A DNA stretch of 64,000 nt from Octopus sinensis (taxonomy: Eukaryota): NCBI RefSeq assembly GCF_006345805.1, contig NC_043013.1, positions 23,994,001 through 24,058,000 of the forward strand, in the 5' to 3' direction. The position numbers and the translations under genes were made by a program. The notes under the pieces are model-generated. The model ran no database searches, had not been told where the DNA came from, and was given only the letters and a program-made list of their open reading frames with translations. Numbering within the stretch: position 1 is the first letter of the stretch; each line of letters begins with the position of its first letter. Positions 1 through 12,368 of the stretch are shown here, in pieces.

Positions 1-579
1 TTCAACATAATCATATTATCTGTGTAATTAGATCTTTTTCTATATAACTATTGTAATTTTTAAATAATTATTGTATATCATAATATACAATATCTTTTGA
101 AACGACAAGCTTTGACAAAACCTCACTGGAAGAAGTAAAACTATAAAAACAGTTAAACTTTAAATGTTTTCTAATTTCCTCGGTTTTTTTTTCTTTTAAA
201 AACATACTAAAAATTGTTTTTGAAAATTTTTCACAATTTCCTAAGGAACATGAGCCAATTAGATATATTTCTGCTGAAAAATATTTGTAAATAGAAAAAC
301 TCATTCTTTGAGTTCTCTGTCTTACAGAACAGAATTTTTGTTTTTTAATAATTAAAATTGGGAGATGAATACATAGAAATGTCAAAATTTGTCAGTGATG
401 GAACAATTAATAATATTCGTAAAATGAAAACAAAATTTTGTCCCTCTGTAAAAATGAAATGAAAAGGGCTTGAAAAATCAAGGTCATTTGGGATATGCAG
501 CAAAAGTTAATAAACTAAAGACTTTTGTATTTTCTACTTTATTGATAGTGTTGTGTCCATGTCATAATTAATTTACAAA

Positions 580-795
580 TTAAAGGGGAGAACTAGCAGA
601 ATTAGCAGATTGGATAAAATGCTTAGCAGCACTTTTTGCAGATTTACATTCTAAGTTCTAATTCTGCCAAGGTCATCTTTACTTTCATCAGTTTCAGGTC
701 AATGAAATAAGTGTCATTTGAGAACTGGGGATGATGTCATTGGCTGGCCCTCTCCCACTAAAATGTCAAGCCTTTTACTTACTGTAGAAGGAATT
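580..795 (+). mobile_element. Decayed copy of the same SINE family
   Basis: aaaatgcttagcagc...agttctaattctgccaaggtcatcttt. Confidence 0.6.
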
Positions 796-3700
796 ATTTA
801 TTTACAAATTGTAGTCCCTTAACTCATCAACAGTGACTTTTTTGCTCATTTGGTAATTTAATCTAGTAAATAACCTTTTGAAGTGGTTATGAAAATTATT
901 TTTGGTTATTTATTTACCCATTGAAAGCCATAGACTCGTAAAGATTTTTGAATTTAAGACAAACAAAAATCACACACATACCTAGAAAGTTCATGGGGAA
1001 TTTCACTGCTAAACTAAAAATGTGTGCCATGACTCTGTTTAATAGACCCACAGGCCTCTTAGCATTGTGCATATACACCAAAAGATTTCTCTAAACATAT
1101 GTATGATAGATAATTTTAATATATAAAAAATTTAAGCCAATAATCGTATGACTTGAATTAACTTATTTCATTTATGTTTCTATGGACCTAGCTCTGGTTT
1201 GGCAACAGATCTTCTAAGAGAATGGTTTGGAATTTGATACCTATTTAGTAAACTGTTTTATTAACCAAATTTATACTCAGTTATAAACAGTTGCACTAAC
1301 TTTTTAAACAATGGGTAAAAAATGGATAGAGTACTATGACAGGAGTAGAGGTGGATCTCACATAGCTAGAAAATTTTGAGTTGACATAATATGAACCAAA
1401 CTCGAATCAACTTGTTACTGAAACCTAATTCTTAATAAAAAATATTTATTTGAATTTGCGTCTTTTAGAAGAGAATTTAAAGGAATTTGATAATTTATTT
1501 AGGTTTTTGTAAAACTAACATTTGAATCTTTAAAGTTGAACTGAAATTGTTGTTCAAATAAAATGAATTGCTTTATTTACCATTTATATAAATACATTTT
1601 AAAATATATGTTATTAAAACTGACTCATAGGTTTCACTTAATTTCCATTCATAATCTCTTTAAAGATTTGGAACAAATAATTTAATATGAGAATTTTACT
1701 CAATAAATTAAAATAATTATTTAATTTATTTCTCATAGGGCCAACCCTAAAAACTGAAAAGGAAATATTTTAAAATAAGACTTTAATACTCAGCTTTTAA
1801 AACTAGAATATCTAAATTTATGTGTACTACTCTTTTCTTAGAAGAACCCTTTAAAAAATTCTTCCACAATGTTTTTTTTCTTTTACTGTATTTGAAATGT
1901 GTTTAATTCTGTATAATAAACCTATTAAGTTATAATATTGATCCACCTACAAGTGACTTGGTCATTATCGTTATGAAATTGTACCAGATGGATGTGTATG
2001 TATTTCACTATCCCTTCATTGACATCCAGTCAATCCCCAACTCAACTGTTTGAAAAAGTTGTTGATCAGGTTAGCACTAGATTGCAGTGGTGTAGGTGCT
2101 TGTTTACAAATAAGTTTATATTTTGGAGAGGCAAGGTTAATGATGTAGTAAAAAAAAAATGTTTAGTTCTAAATAAACAGTAAATAAGAAGGGTAGACAG
2201 ATGGCATGTAACTTTTGATTCCTGAAAATTTTGAAGAGAAAGTATTCAGAGATGGCTATTGGCAGTGGTAGGATAATCAGTTTCTTTGACATACTTTACG
2301 GCTAAATCAGGGATTAAATTGTAAATTAGAAGATGTCACATGCTTGAGAATCATTACTTGAGCTCAGCCTTAGTTTTAAGATTTTTGAAGCATAAATAGT
2401 TACTACAAAATTTAATACACCTAAGTGTTTAATGAGTAAAATTTATGAACTGAGTCTTGTAAAATTGTTCCAGCAAGCCCTGTAAAGATTGGGTGGATAT
2501 TGATTGTTCAATGATGCATAATTATGGGGAAGGTAGGACGGGGAATTGATGGCTGATAGTGCAGAGCAATAGATTAATAATGAAATAAACAGAACAGGAG
2601 GAGACACAAGAGTTGGAGAGTTGCGTGGATGTAAAAAAGATTTCCAGACAAACGGCATAAAATGAGAACCATGATGAATCTGAAGTGAAGAATGAGTATA
2701 TAGAGCATGTCCCAAAATATAAGAATAATGAAATAAGGATTAATCAAATTTGGCTCATCTGAAGCACTGAGCAAAAACTGTTCAGCATCAGTTATGGTAC
2801 ACAAGTGATTATTTCCAGACTACACTGGCCCTTAGGCGATACTAACTTCCCTGTATAAAATTTTTAAACCACAGCTGTACTTTGTGTCTGCTTTACAAAT
2901 TTCCCATACTTTATTACCCCATTTTGTGAACATGCTTGGCATTTATTACCAGAAGAATATCCAGTCTTTATGCTCTAGCAATAATACCTAATATCCTTTG
3001 TATATTGTCCTAGAAGAGCCTTAATTTAATCTAGGGGCTATAATATTCTGTCACACATACTGCTGTGTCCCATGCATGTAAATACTAACCTAACTTTAAA
3101 AACCACTTCCTGGTTTACTAGAAATAAAGGTTCATATCTGCTCCTGTGGTTGGTAATTCCTGACTGTTTTTTAATACCCATTATTAGAATTACTTCAGAA
3201 AAATTTTTGAATTCACCTGTGCATCTCTGAAACTATATTCTATTACAGTTATTGTGTGGAACATTTCAGTCAGAAAAAAAATGACAGGAAATAATCAATC
3301 AGCTTGGAATCACTGGAACACCTTATTGTCTGGTTTCTTTCAAAGAATTTTGGAAGAGAAATAATTTTGAGTTTTATCTTTGATTGTGTTTCCAGATTTT
3401 AAATTTGTTCTTACTTTCAATATTGCTGTTGGAGTTGCTATTGATTTTGAAATGAAAATATACAATTCTCCATCCAACAATTCCAACGAAATATTTGAAG
3501 AACAAAAATTTCACTTTGTAAAATGTCAGATGAGGCAGTCAATGTGTTACCAGTAGTGTTGTAGAGACATTTACAACAATTGATAATGGGTGATACTGGG
3601 TAGTTTGGTAGTCTAAGCCCATGAAAGTATCAGGCAGTATCAGTATCAGGCAGTTTGATAACTAAAGAGATAAATGAAATAATTGGCTATATTACACCAT

Positions 3701-3881
3701 ATTTTAACAAAGTTCTATAAACATTCTATCCTCTTTGATTATCATAGAAACTAGAGTTGTGTGATTAATGTAGTATAATAACGGGTTGTGGGAGGAAAAC
3801 ATGAATGGAACATTGAAGTGAATGTCTACATATTTTTGCATTTAACATCTACATGACACTAAATGTCAGATGAGTGATATT

Positions 3882-4752
3882 TATTGTGCTGAGTTAAAGT
3901 TTTGCAATGATTTGGTAACTTCTTTGCTTTATCTGTGAAGTTCCAACAAAAGCAGCTTAGAATCTAAAGTAGAGGCCATTATGTTGCAACCAACTGAAGC
4001 CACCTTTCTACCAGTTCTTTGATCGTCTGCTGACACCAGTTCTTGTCAGTCAAGGCAAAGAACTTCACTGATGCTTCCACTGCCTCTTTGCTTGTGAATG
4101 ATGAAAGTGAGCTATGGCTGGGAACAAGTAGTAATCTGAGGCAGCTAGGTTCGGACTATATGCTGGGTGTGGCATTGGTTCAATTCTCTCAAGTTTCTGG
4201 AGTTTATTATGGATCGTGATGAGCAGTTTGAGGTCTTGCATTATCTTGCTGCAGAAGAGCTTGCTTTCTGTTAACCAATAACCGGTATTTTTGCTGCACA
4301 GTGGTATACTGCCATGAGATGCTGTGCTCATCTGATACTTTCTGAATGCTCCTTACTGGATTTACCTCTATGGCTTGGAGCATGGCCTTGGAATCAATAG
4401 TTTTAGACCTACCTAACCTTGCCTTGATCATTGAGGTTCTTGCAACCCAAGCGAAGTTTCTTGAACCCTCTGGTTACCGTATCATGATCAACTGTACCTT
4501 CACCTTTCACACAACAAATGATTCTGCAGCGTTATGGCCTGGTTTGAACTTGTAAAGCATAAGTCCCTAAATTAGACTCTGTTGCATGTTCATCTGTGTG
4601 GCTTTCAAATCATGGACTGAGCCAGTGCACCAACTACCATGATATTACGAATCTCTTCCATGCCACTTTCCACGCCTTCAACTGCTTCAGTCATGTGATA
4701 TGCACACTGCAAACGTTTGCAAATATTGCAAAACTTTTGGCTCACCTCAGTA
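3882..4752 (-). mobile_element. Internally deleted mariner (Tc1/mariner) transposon relic with both TIRs
   Basis: Minus-strand fragments LMLYKFKPGHNAAE (HTH), RLGRSKTIDSKAML, LLQQDNARP and PHPAYSPNLAASDYYLF (mariner HDNARPH / YSPDLAPSD motifs). Ends are TA+ttgtgctgagttaaagttttgcaat and the inverted TA+ctgaggtgagccaaaagttttgcaat. Confidence 0.9.
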
Positions 4753-7700
4753 TATCATGTCACAGATCATCATTATGTTCTTAGAATGTTAATGATAATA
4801 TTTGGTTATTGACCTCAGTATGTAGGCAGGCTCAATGTTCTGCAATAAAATTACAAACCATAAACTAACATTGTCATTACTAGATGGCATTTACAAAAAC
4901 CCAGACTCTAGCTTCTTTAATATTTTAATTTTAAGAGAGAATGTGTGTGTGTGTGTATAGAGGGTTTATGTATTGACATTTATATGTGTGTATTCACACA
5001 TGCACACATGTACAGTGGAGTACCCATATATGTACAGTTATGTATATAAACAAATGGAATCATGAACAGTTTTTCTGCAGACAAACTCACATATCTGTGC
5101 TGAATGAGCATCTACAAATGGGTTCGTTAACTTACATGTAAATGTTTCATGTAGGCTGCAAATTTTTATATTTTATATGGAAAATAATATTTCTCATATC
5201 CTTATGCTAAAAACCATGGATTAACAAAAGATAAAAGTAAAAACTCGAATATGCACATGTGTATGTGTGTGTGTGTGTGTGTGTGTTTGTATTTGTCTCT
5301 CACTGCTTAACAAATCTTGTGGAATTGTTTATGTCTGTGTAACTTTGTGGTTCAGGGGAAAAGACACCAATAGGATAAATTCCTAAACCTGTAAGAAAAA
5401 CTGGGATCAATTTGATTGACTAAACCTGTCAAGATGGTGCCCCTGAATGACTGGAAAAAGTAGAACAATTACATACATATGTGAGTGTGTGTGTTTATGT
5501 GTCTGAAAATATGTATATGCAGCTTTATATACATGTGTGAGTATGTATACATGAATTTATATAATTTTCTGGGGGTTTTTTCAGCTCATCATACACGTAT
5601 GCGTTCCTATAAAAGTTTTAAAAATATAAACCAAGTTTACCTGTTACTGAATACAGCTGAATGTCTTGAACACTTTTTTCTTTTTTCTGCACCAACTTAC
5701 ATGCACACACATCACGTGTGCGTGTGTATTTGGGAATAGAATAGAAAATATAAGGATTAGGATCCCTCTTATTTATGGGGTGTATAATGAGTGTATCATA
5801 TAATTTAAAGAATTCTTGATAAATGTAATATTTGACTTAGGTAATATGGTGAACAAAACTGACCATTATTGTTGTCCACCTAAATCATTCAGGACTATTT
5901 CAATCCCTAATCTCTGACCTGTCTGTTTTGTTCGAAGATTCAGAACAGAACCAACTTTTTTTTTTATTTAATGCCTTTCCCCACTGGTGTTGTGCATGGA
6001 TCCACAAAGTTTTGACTTTGAGGCATTTCACACTATTGCTAGTACATAACTGTATTAACGAGAGTATTAAATGTTTCAAAATGAAGAATAATTCTCCATA
6101 AAATGTTTGTCTTTGCAAATATTTGATATTGCAGTTTTACCTATTTTTGTTTTTACAGAAAATAAGTCATATTCTAACATGTTGTTTATTTCTTCCTTTC
6201 CTCCTCCTCCTCCACTAATGTAATGTTAAGAGCAGTGAATGTTTAGAGTGCCAGATGAAATTCTTCACAGCATTTAGTTTCCCTTTTTTTTTCCTTTCTG
6301 GGGTCTGTAGAAATATTCTAGCCATCTCACCTTGGTCAAATTTGTGAATTTTTATTGTTATTCTCCAACAGTTCTGGTTGTGTGTAATTATGCCGTAGCT
6401 CCTACCCACTGCTCAGAGGCACCATACCTTCCTCAGTACATGAGCCATTCCGAGCACCACAACCATTTGTGCACTCTTTAAAATATCTGGTATGCCTAAG
6501 ATTCTTTGAATTTGTTCCAAGTGTGCCGATAACAAAAGAAACAATTTTGCCTGCTGCCTGATGGGTTTCCTGGCTTGCCAAATCCTCATGTTTGTCTATC
6601 TTTACTTTCTCAAAGATTTCCGCGTTCTGTCTATTATGACCTTTTCATGTGTGTCTTTGTGCACAATTGTGATATCATAATCATCATCATCATCATCATG
6701 GTAGTAAGCTTGCGGAATTGTTTGAGTATTGGGATAAAATGCCTCATTGCATCTGTGCTGGTTCTTTGCTTTGAATCCAAACCCTGTTGCGGTCAGCTTT
6801 GACACCCACACCTCCAGGGTCAATATAATGAAGTAATGGTCAGGTATGGGGTCATTGATGTTGATTACCCTCCCCCCACCACTAAATTGCTGACCTTTTG
6901 CCTAAATCAAAAACTATTATTATTATTATTATTATATGTTTGACTTTTGCTCTGTATTTGTACAAGTTGACTCCAAGTCTCACCCAGAGACCTCAAGAGA
7001 CAAGTAAGAAGTTCAGCTTGGTATTATGACTAGGGTACCATATTTTTGGTTTTGCACAGAGTATTGTTCTAGAGAGTGTCTGTCAAAACATAAGAAAATT
7101 AAAATCTGATGCAGTTGTTGTTGAAGAAATTGGAAGAGGATTTGTGGGTGATGAGACCCTATACCTTGGCAGCATTTAGTTGTCTGGAGAATAAAATATG
7201 TCTCTATAAGTACTGCAGTTGTTGAAATCTCCTGCAAAATTTGTACTTTTGTGCCTCCATTAGACATCATTGTCTTTTTTTGAACAGTGTGTTGAGCTGT
7301 CTGTCGTTTCCTGTGGAAGGCATTGTGTTCTGAAAAGGACCGAACACGTAATTGATAGAAATAACTGCACACAAGACAGTCAAGATTCTGTGAACTCAGA
7401 CAAAACAAAAAAAAAAATCTTACATTAGCACTGAGTTGTGTCAACAGAAGTCTACACCCAGGACTACTTCATATGGCCTGCAGGTGGGACACTCAAGGTT
7501 CTAACAAGGGTTCTTTACATTGACACAAAGCTGTACAAGAGGAGGGTAAACTCAGTTTCATTGGCACCCAGCCCTACCCCCACCCGACCCCAACTAAATA
7601 GGAAAGAAAGAAAGAAAGAAAAAAAGAAAACTGAATTCTGAAAGGAATTTTGTCTGACACTCTACTGTTTCTGTTAGCTTGCCTTGGAATAATGGTCATC

Positions 7701-7789
7701 CTATTAATAATAATAAGAATAATGCAGATGAGGATAAGAAGAAGAATTATTTAACCTCTGCTGATGATAAAGAGAATAACAAAAACAAT

Positions 7790-8350
7790 TATATTTTAAT
7801 TTGCACACCCATCTGGGATGTGTTGTTAAGAACATTACAGACTGTGTTAATTATCTTCAGAAATCATCTCGTATAGATGTTGGGTACTATAAAAGCACAG
7901 ATTATATCAGTTGATAAAATTTTGTCAGCACTGTCAAATAAGACTGTTGTCTTGTGTGATGTCAGCATAAATTGTGTATCATCAAGAAGAGGCACCAAAA
8001 CACCAAATGCCAGACCAAAAATCTTTCAAACCAATATAGTTTAACACTGAACTAAACAGTCAGTAACATTGCAAAAAGCTAGCTGTAGGTTGTGCAATGA
8101 CAGAAGCAGTCTTTGTAACAAATTTTAATTTGCACATCATCCAGCAAATTAACTTGGATGATGTGCAATTTATGCTGAAATCATAATCCCATCCACCAGT
8201 ACTGATGGAATTTCATCAACTGGTATAAGCTGTGCCTTTTTTTAGTACCTAATGTTTGTACAATATATAGGAGATAATTTCTCGGGAAGATCACCACACT
8301 TTATGGCATTTTTAACAATACATCCAAGTTAAGTTGGATGTTCAAAATGA
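7790..8350. mobile_element. Old foldback/MITE-like element with long imperfect inverted arms and an internal 14-bp perfect palindrome
   Basis: The reverse complement of ~7790-7980 aligns with ~8163-8350; TTGCACATCATCCA (8130-8143) / TGGATGATGTGCAA (8155-8168). Confidence 0.65.
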
Positions 8351-8874
8351 TATTCATTACAAAGACTACTTCTGTCACTAATAACTAATTTATATTTTAT
8401 TTAACATTGTCATTCTTTACATATAATATAGTTTTGAAATTGTTTTACTATCTGCAAAATCAACATTCTGTTTTTAATTTAAAAGATCAAGAAAATTAAG
8501 TTAAATATCCATCTTGATATAAAATGTATTTGTCTGAGATGTTAGGTCATTCTAAAACTACTTTATGGACTGTTTCTAGAAACTTCAGATTAGATCAAAT
8601 ATTGATAACTTCAAAATGGACTCTAAATTATTTATGTTTGGAGATTTCTCTCTTTAAGTTGATTTTTATAACAGCATCATATTCCATTAATGTCATCTTC
8701 ACTCAATATGCTGAATTATCTTGCTAATTTCAAGAAACAAAATATCTTTGATTTTATTTACTATATTATGTGATAGAATTTATTTATTCACTAAGAATAT
8801 ATCTACACATCATTTAGATCATTGCTCTAATTCATAAATAATCTTTCTGTCTTGGATGAATTATTTATCGTGTG

Positions 8875-9160
8875 TGTGCATGGCCTAGTGGTTAGGTAGT
8901 TACACTCATGATTGCAAAATCATGGTTTCAATTCCTGGACCAGGTTGTGCATTGTGTTCTTGAGCAAAACACTTTACCTCACATTACTCTGCAGTCACTT
9001 TAACACCTGATGTGTGGTACACTGTGCACCACCTGTTTAGGCCATGTCAGTTTGATGCAGAAAGAGAGAGACTGAGCTAATGTACAGCACATGCATTTGA
9101 TCACCAGAACGAATCATTTGTGCCGGTTGTTCAGCAAAAACTGAGCACTCATCTTTCGTC
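8875..9160 (+). mobile_element. tRNA-derived SINE
   Basis: TGGCCTAGTGGTTAGG (box A), GGTTTCAATTCC (box B), then tgtgttcttgagcaaaacacttt. Confidence 0.7.
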
Positions 9161-12100
9161 TTCGATAGGAGAGTCCATTACATGTGTATATATGTGTGTG
9201 TTAAGTGAACAGTTGTTCTACAAGTGGCTGCTTTCATGGTCAGTTGTGCAGTCCTTAGCAGCTATACTGTGTCCTCGCACTTTCTACTTTATAACCTTTG
9301 TGGCTTTTTATTGACCATCATTTCAAACGTGCTCGAGGTGTTCCCTTATGTTTCTTGGCAAAGCACTTTAAACTCTAGTGCCTCATCACTTAGCTTTGGG
9401 GAATATATACCAAATCTTATAGAAATGTTACTTGTGACACATGGGTGATCTTTTCCCAGGAAAGATTTATTTCTCAGTGGCTTCATGCCATGAAGCCAAG
9501 ACTAAGCGCTTCAGGGACTTGCATTTCTTCAGAGGAAGGAGATTCATAATTTCTCCTTTTCATGTTTTTTTAAGTCATTTAATGTTTCTTTTTAAAAGCT
9601 GGTGGCATTATGGACAGCACCATAACTCCTGAGATTTATCTGAAATAGAGATGTTGCTAGTTGAAAGCAATGTTGCCAATTGTCTATTTCTTTAAAATGG
9701 AAATACCATCTGTCTTTAAAATAAATATTGTTTTAGGAACTAATATCCTGGTAACACTTGATTGAAAGCTTGGCAATTCAGCAGTTACTAAGTTGTCTTT
9801 AATTTAATAAATACTTTAATTTAAACTATAAACAGAGAGAGTTGGACATGAGTTGAAATATTTAAATGTGGTCAAGAGTTAAAAACCTGCCACATTTATT
9901 GTCAAAGTTTATAGCAATAAAGATCTCAATTCCTTTAGCTTCAAATAGGTGTCATGTTTACTTAATTGTTTGTTGTAAGGAAATTAACCCGACATTGGAA
10001 ACACTTGCTCCAGTAATATTCAATTATCCAATCAGTTTTGAAAAGCAATTTCTCATGTTAACATAGAAAATACAAATAAATCTGTAACATCAAAACAACT
10101 CACTATTCTCAATACTACCATTTAAACAGCTCCATATAAAAAGATGCATGCTGACAATTGAAGAACTAATATCTTCTCTTTAAATTCCATCTTCTAACTC
10201 TTCGATTTTCTATTTGTATAAAATGAAAATATATTCAAATGTCATTGCTAACAGTAACAGAATCAAATCCCCTCCAGTTGATATGAAAGCTCAACATCAT
10301 TGAGCTGTTTTTGCATGTAACCAACATTATTGAGAGTAAATATATATTTTGTTTTGAATAACTGATCACAATCAACTATTTTCAATTGTCTGCTAATATT
10401 ACAAAATTTAATTTCTTCTTCGAATGACTGTCTTATTATTTAACCATAACATAACTTAATAGAATGTTGTTTTTGAATATATAACTTATTCCCATTGATG
10501 CTTGTAAAGGTGGCTTTGATATCTAATAAAATAAGACAATATTCTACTTTTGTAATTTAAGTTTCACTGAATGATGCTTTTCAATATACCTGAAATTACC
10601 TTCCAATTGAGTCATATTGTTGTAAATGGAAGAATTTAATGTCATTATTTATCACTAATCAAGTTAAAATTCTTTCGATAAAAGAGTAGCCCTTGTCCTA
10701 ACTGGTGATTTGGATTTTGCTTCAACTCCTTTGTTAAGTTCTCCTTAACTGCATAAGTACCTCAATAAGAGCTTCATGTCAAATATCTTTTTTCATCTTA
10801 ATAATTACTCATTTAATTTCGTTTCTATAATATCCATTTCTTAGATTGAGGTATTACATAAACACTTTCATTTTACATCTTTGTTCACTTACCCTTACTG
10901 GCTGGTGATAAGATGACCACAAAATTATATTGCCAGAACAAATCAAATATATTTCTCACTGCTTCTTTATTCTTTAAATTAGAGATAATTTTGGTGGAAG
11001 GTGATGAGATTAGTTTACATAGAGACCAGTTTAACCATATGCATCTATTTCTAAATTGTTTGAAACATAAAAGTTTGAAATATACTGAAGAAATTGGACA
11101 ATTCAAATTCAATCATAGCACCTTATTTTTATTTTTTTCAAACCCACCATTGCAGTTATTCATCAATTCATGTAACTCATCTTTTTAAATCCTACCTGCA
11201 TCCCACCCTTTTCTTTTCTTTCCCTATCTTACATATTCGTCATTTTTTGCTGTTCATGGTGCATGCTTTGTTTTATTTTTGTTTCTGCAGGGTGCAAGTG
11301 ACTTAAGGCAGCCTCCCACTCCATCAAGCACTCCTATTCTGGGTTGGAAAAACAAAATCAAATCTAACTCTTTGACTGTAAGTCCCTCTTAGAAAGCTAG
11401 TCATCATCCTATTCTCTACTACTAATTCCTCTTTGTCTTCTCACAAACGCACTATTCAAACCCATAGCAAATTCAAAATGGGATCCTTTCCTACAGATGG
11501 TTTTTATGACTTTTTTTTTGTGTGTAATAGGTATCCTTGTGTCATATTTTATTTATCATTCTTTTCACATTTTCATTCAACAGTTATACTTCAAACTTGT
11601 TTTTCCAGAAGACATTCTAGTCAACTTTTCATAAATACCCTTCCAAGACACATCTCACCAAAACTATATCCCCCACCTTGTCATTGTGGTTTAGCCATCA
11701 TTATGACATAAAACTGATACTCATTTGATTTGCTAAGGTGAAGGGAGAAAATTCATTCTGATAGGAAATTTCTTGCAAATTTTATTATTTATCAACAGTT
11801 TTCTCAAAGAATCCATTGGCAGTTTAATGTTGCTTTTCAATTTCTTGATTCTTCAACTCTAAAACAGAATTTAAAACTAAAACTAGTTGATTAATTTTGG
11901 ATGTTATATTTGTGTTTTCTTCCTTATATTTCATCATGTTAGTATGATAGCTACCCTTGACATTGAGAGATTTAGTTTTCTGATTAATGTGTTCTTTATT
12001 TTATATTTTTAATATATATATATATATATACTATTCTTTACTTTATTTATTAAGAACTTGATATTTTTCCATGTATCTTCTGATTACCAATTATTTCATT

Positions 12101-12338
12101 CATTGAATCCACTTAATTAGTTTTATAATTTTGTGGCACTGAAAAATGTATAGTATGCATTCATTTGACATTATTCAAACTTTTTCATACGTTCTCTGAA
12201 ACATCATTCTATGAGTAAAATCTGTTTATGTCTTTATAATTCAACATACAGTTAAAGGGCCGAAGCAGTAATAAATAACTACTCATTAGTTTAGAAGACA
12301 TTTAATAAGGCTGGGATATGATGGTACTACCTTTTTAG

Positions 12339-12368
12339 ATGGTCGCTGCAAGTATCGGGTGATGGCAG
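12339..12368 (+). CDS. Candidate 30-nt symmetric mini-exon (D)GRCKYRVMA(x) (1-1)
   Basis: cctttttag|AT GGT CGC TGC AAG TAT CGG GTG ATG GCA G|gtaaag; small GC/CpG-rich island in very AT-rich intron. Confidence 0.4.

Noticed and set aside
2474-2532. Possible exon KPCKDWVDIDCSMMHNYGE|gtagga (and a similar acceptor-plus-stop at 6159)
   Set aside because: Only the PCK tripeptide resembles AGAP; the phases cannot be anchored to any exon in the window.
7679-7876. ORF MPWNNGHPINNNKNNADEDKKKN... that looks like a low-complexity protein
   Set aside because: It derives from decayed (AAT)/(GAA)/(GAT) repeats and runs into the foldback element; no usable phase-compatible splice sites.
10100-10900. Ghost coding-like region with faint PIF1/Helitron helicase resemblance on the minus strand (similar faint pogo-like signal at 13600-14100)
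   Set aside because: No intact diagnostic motif can be read; it needs a profile search.
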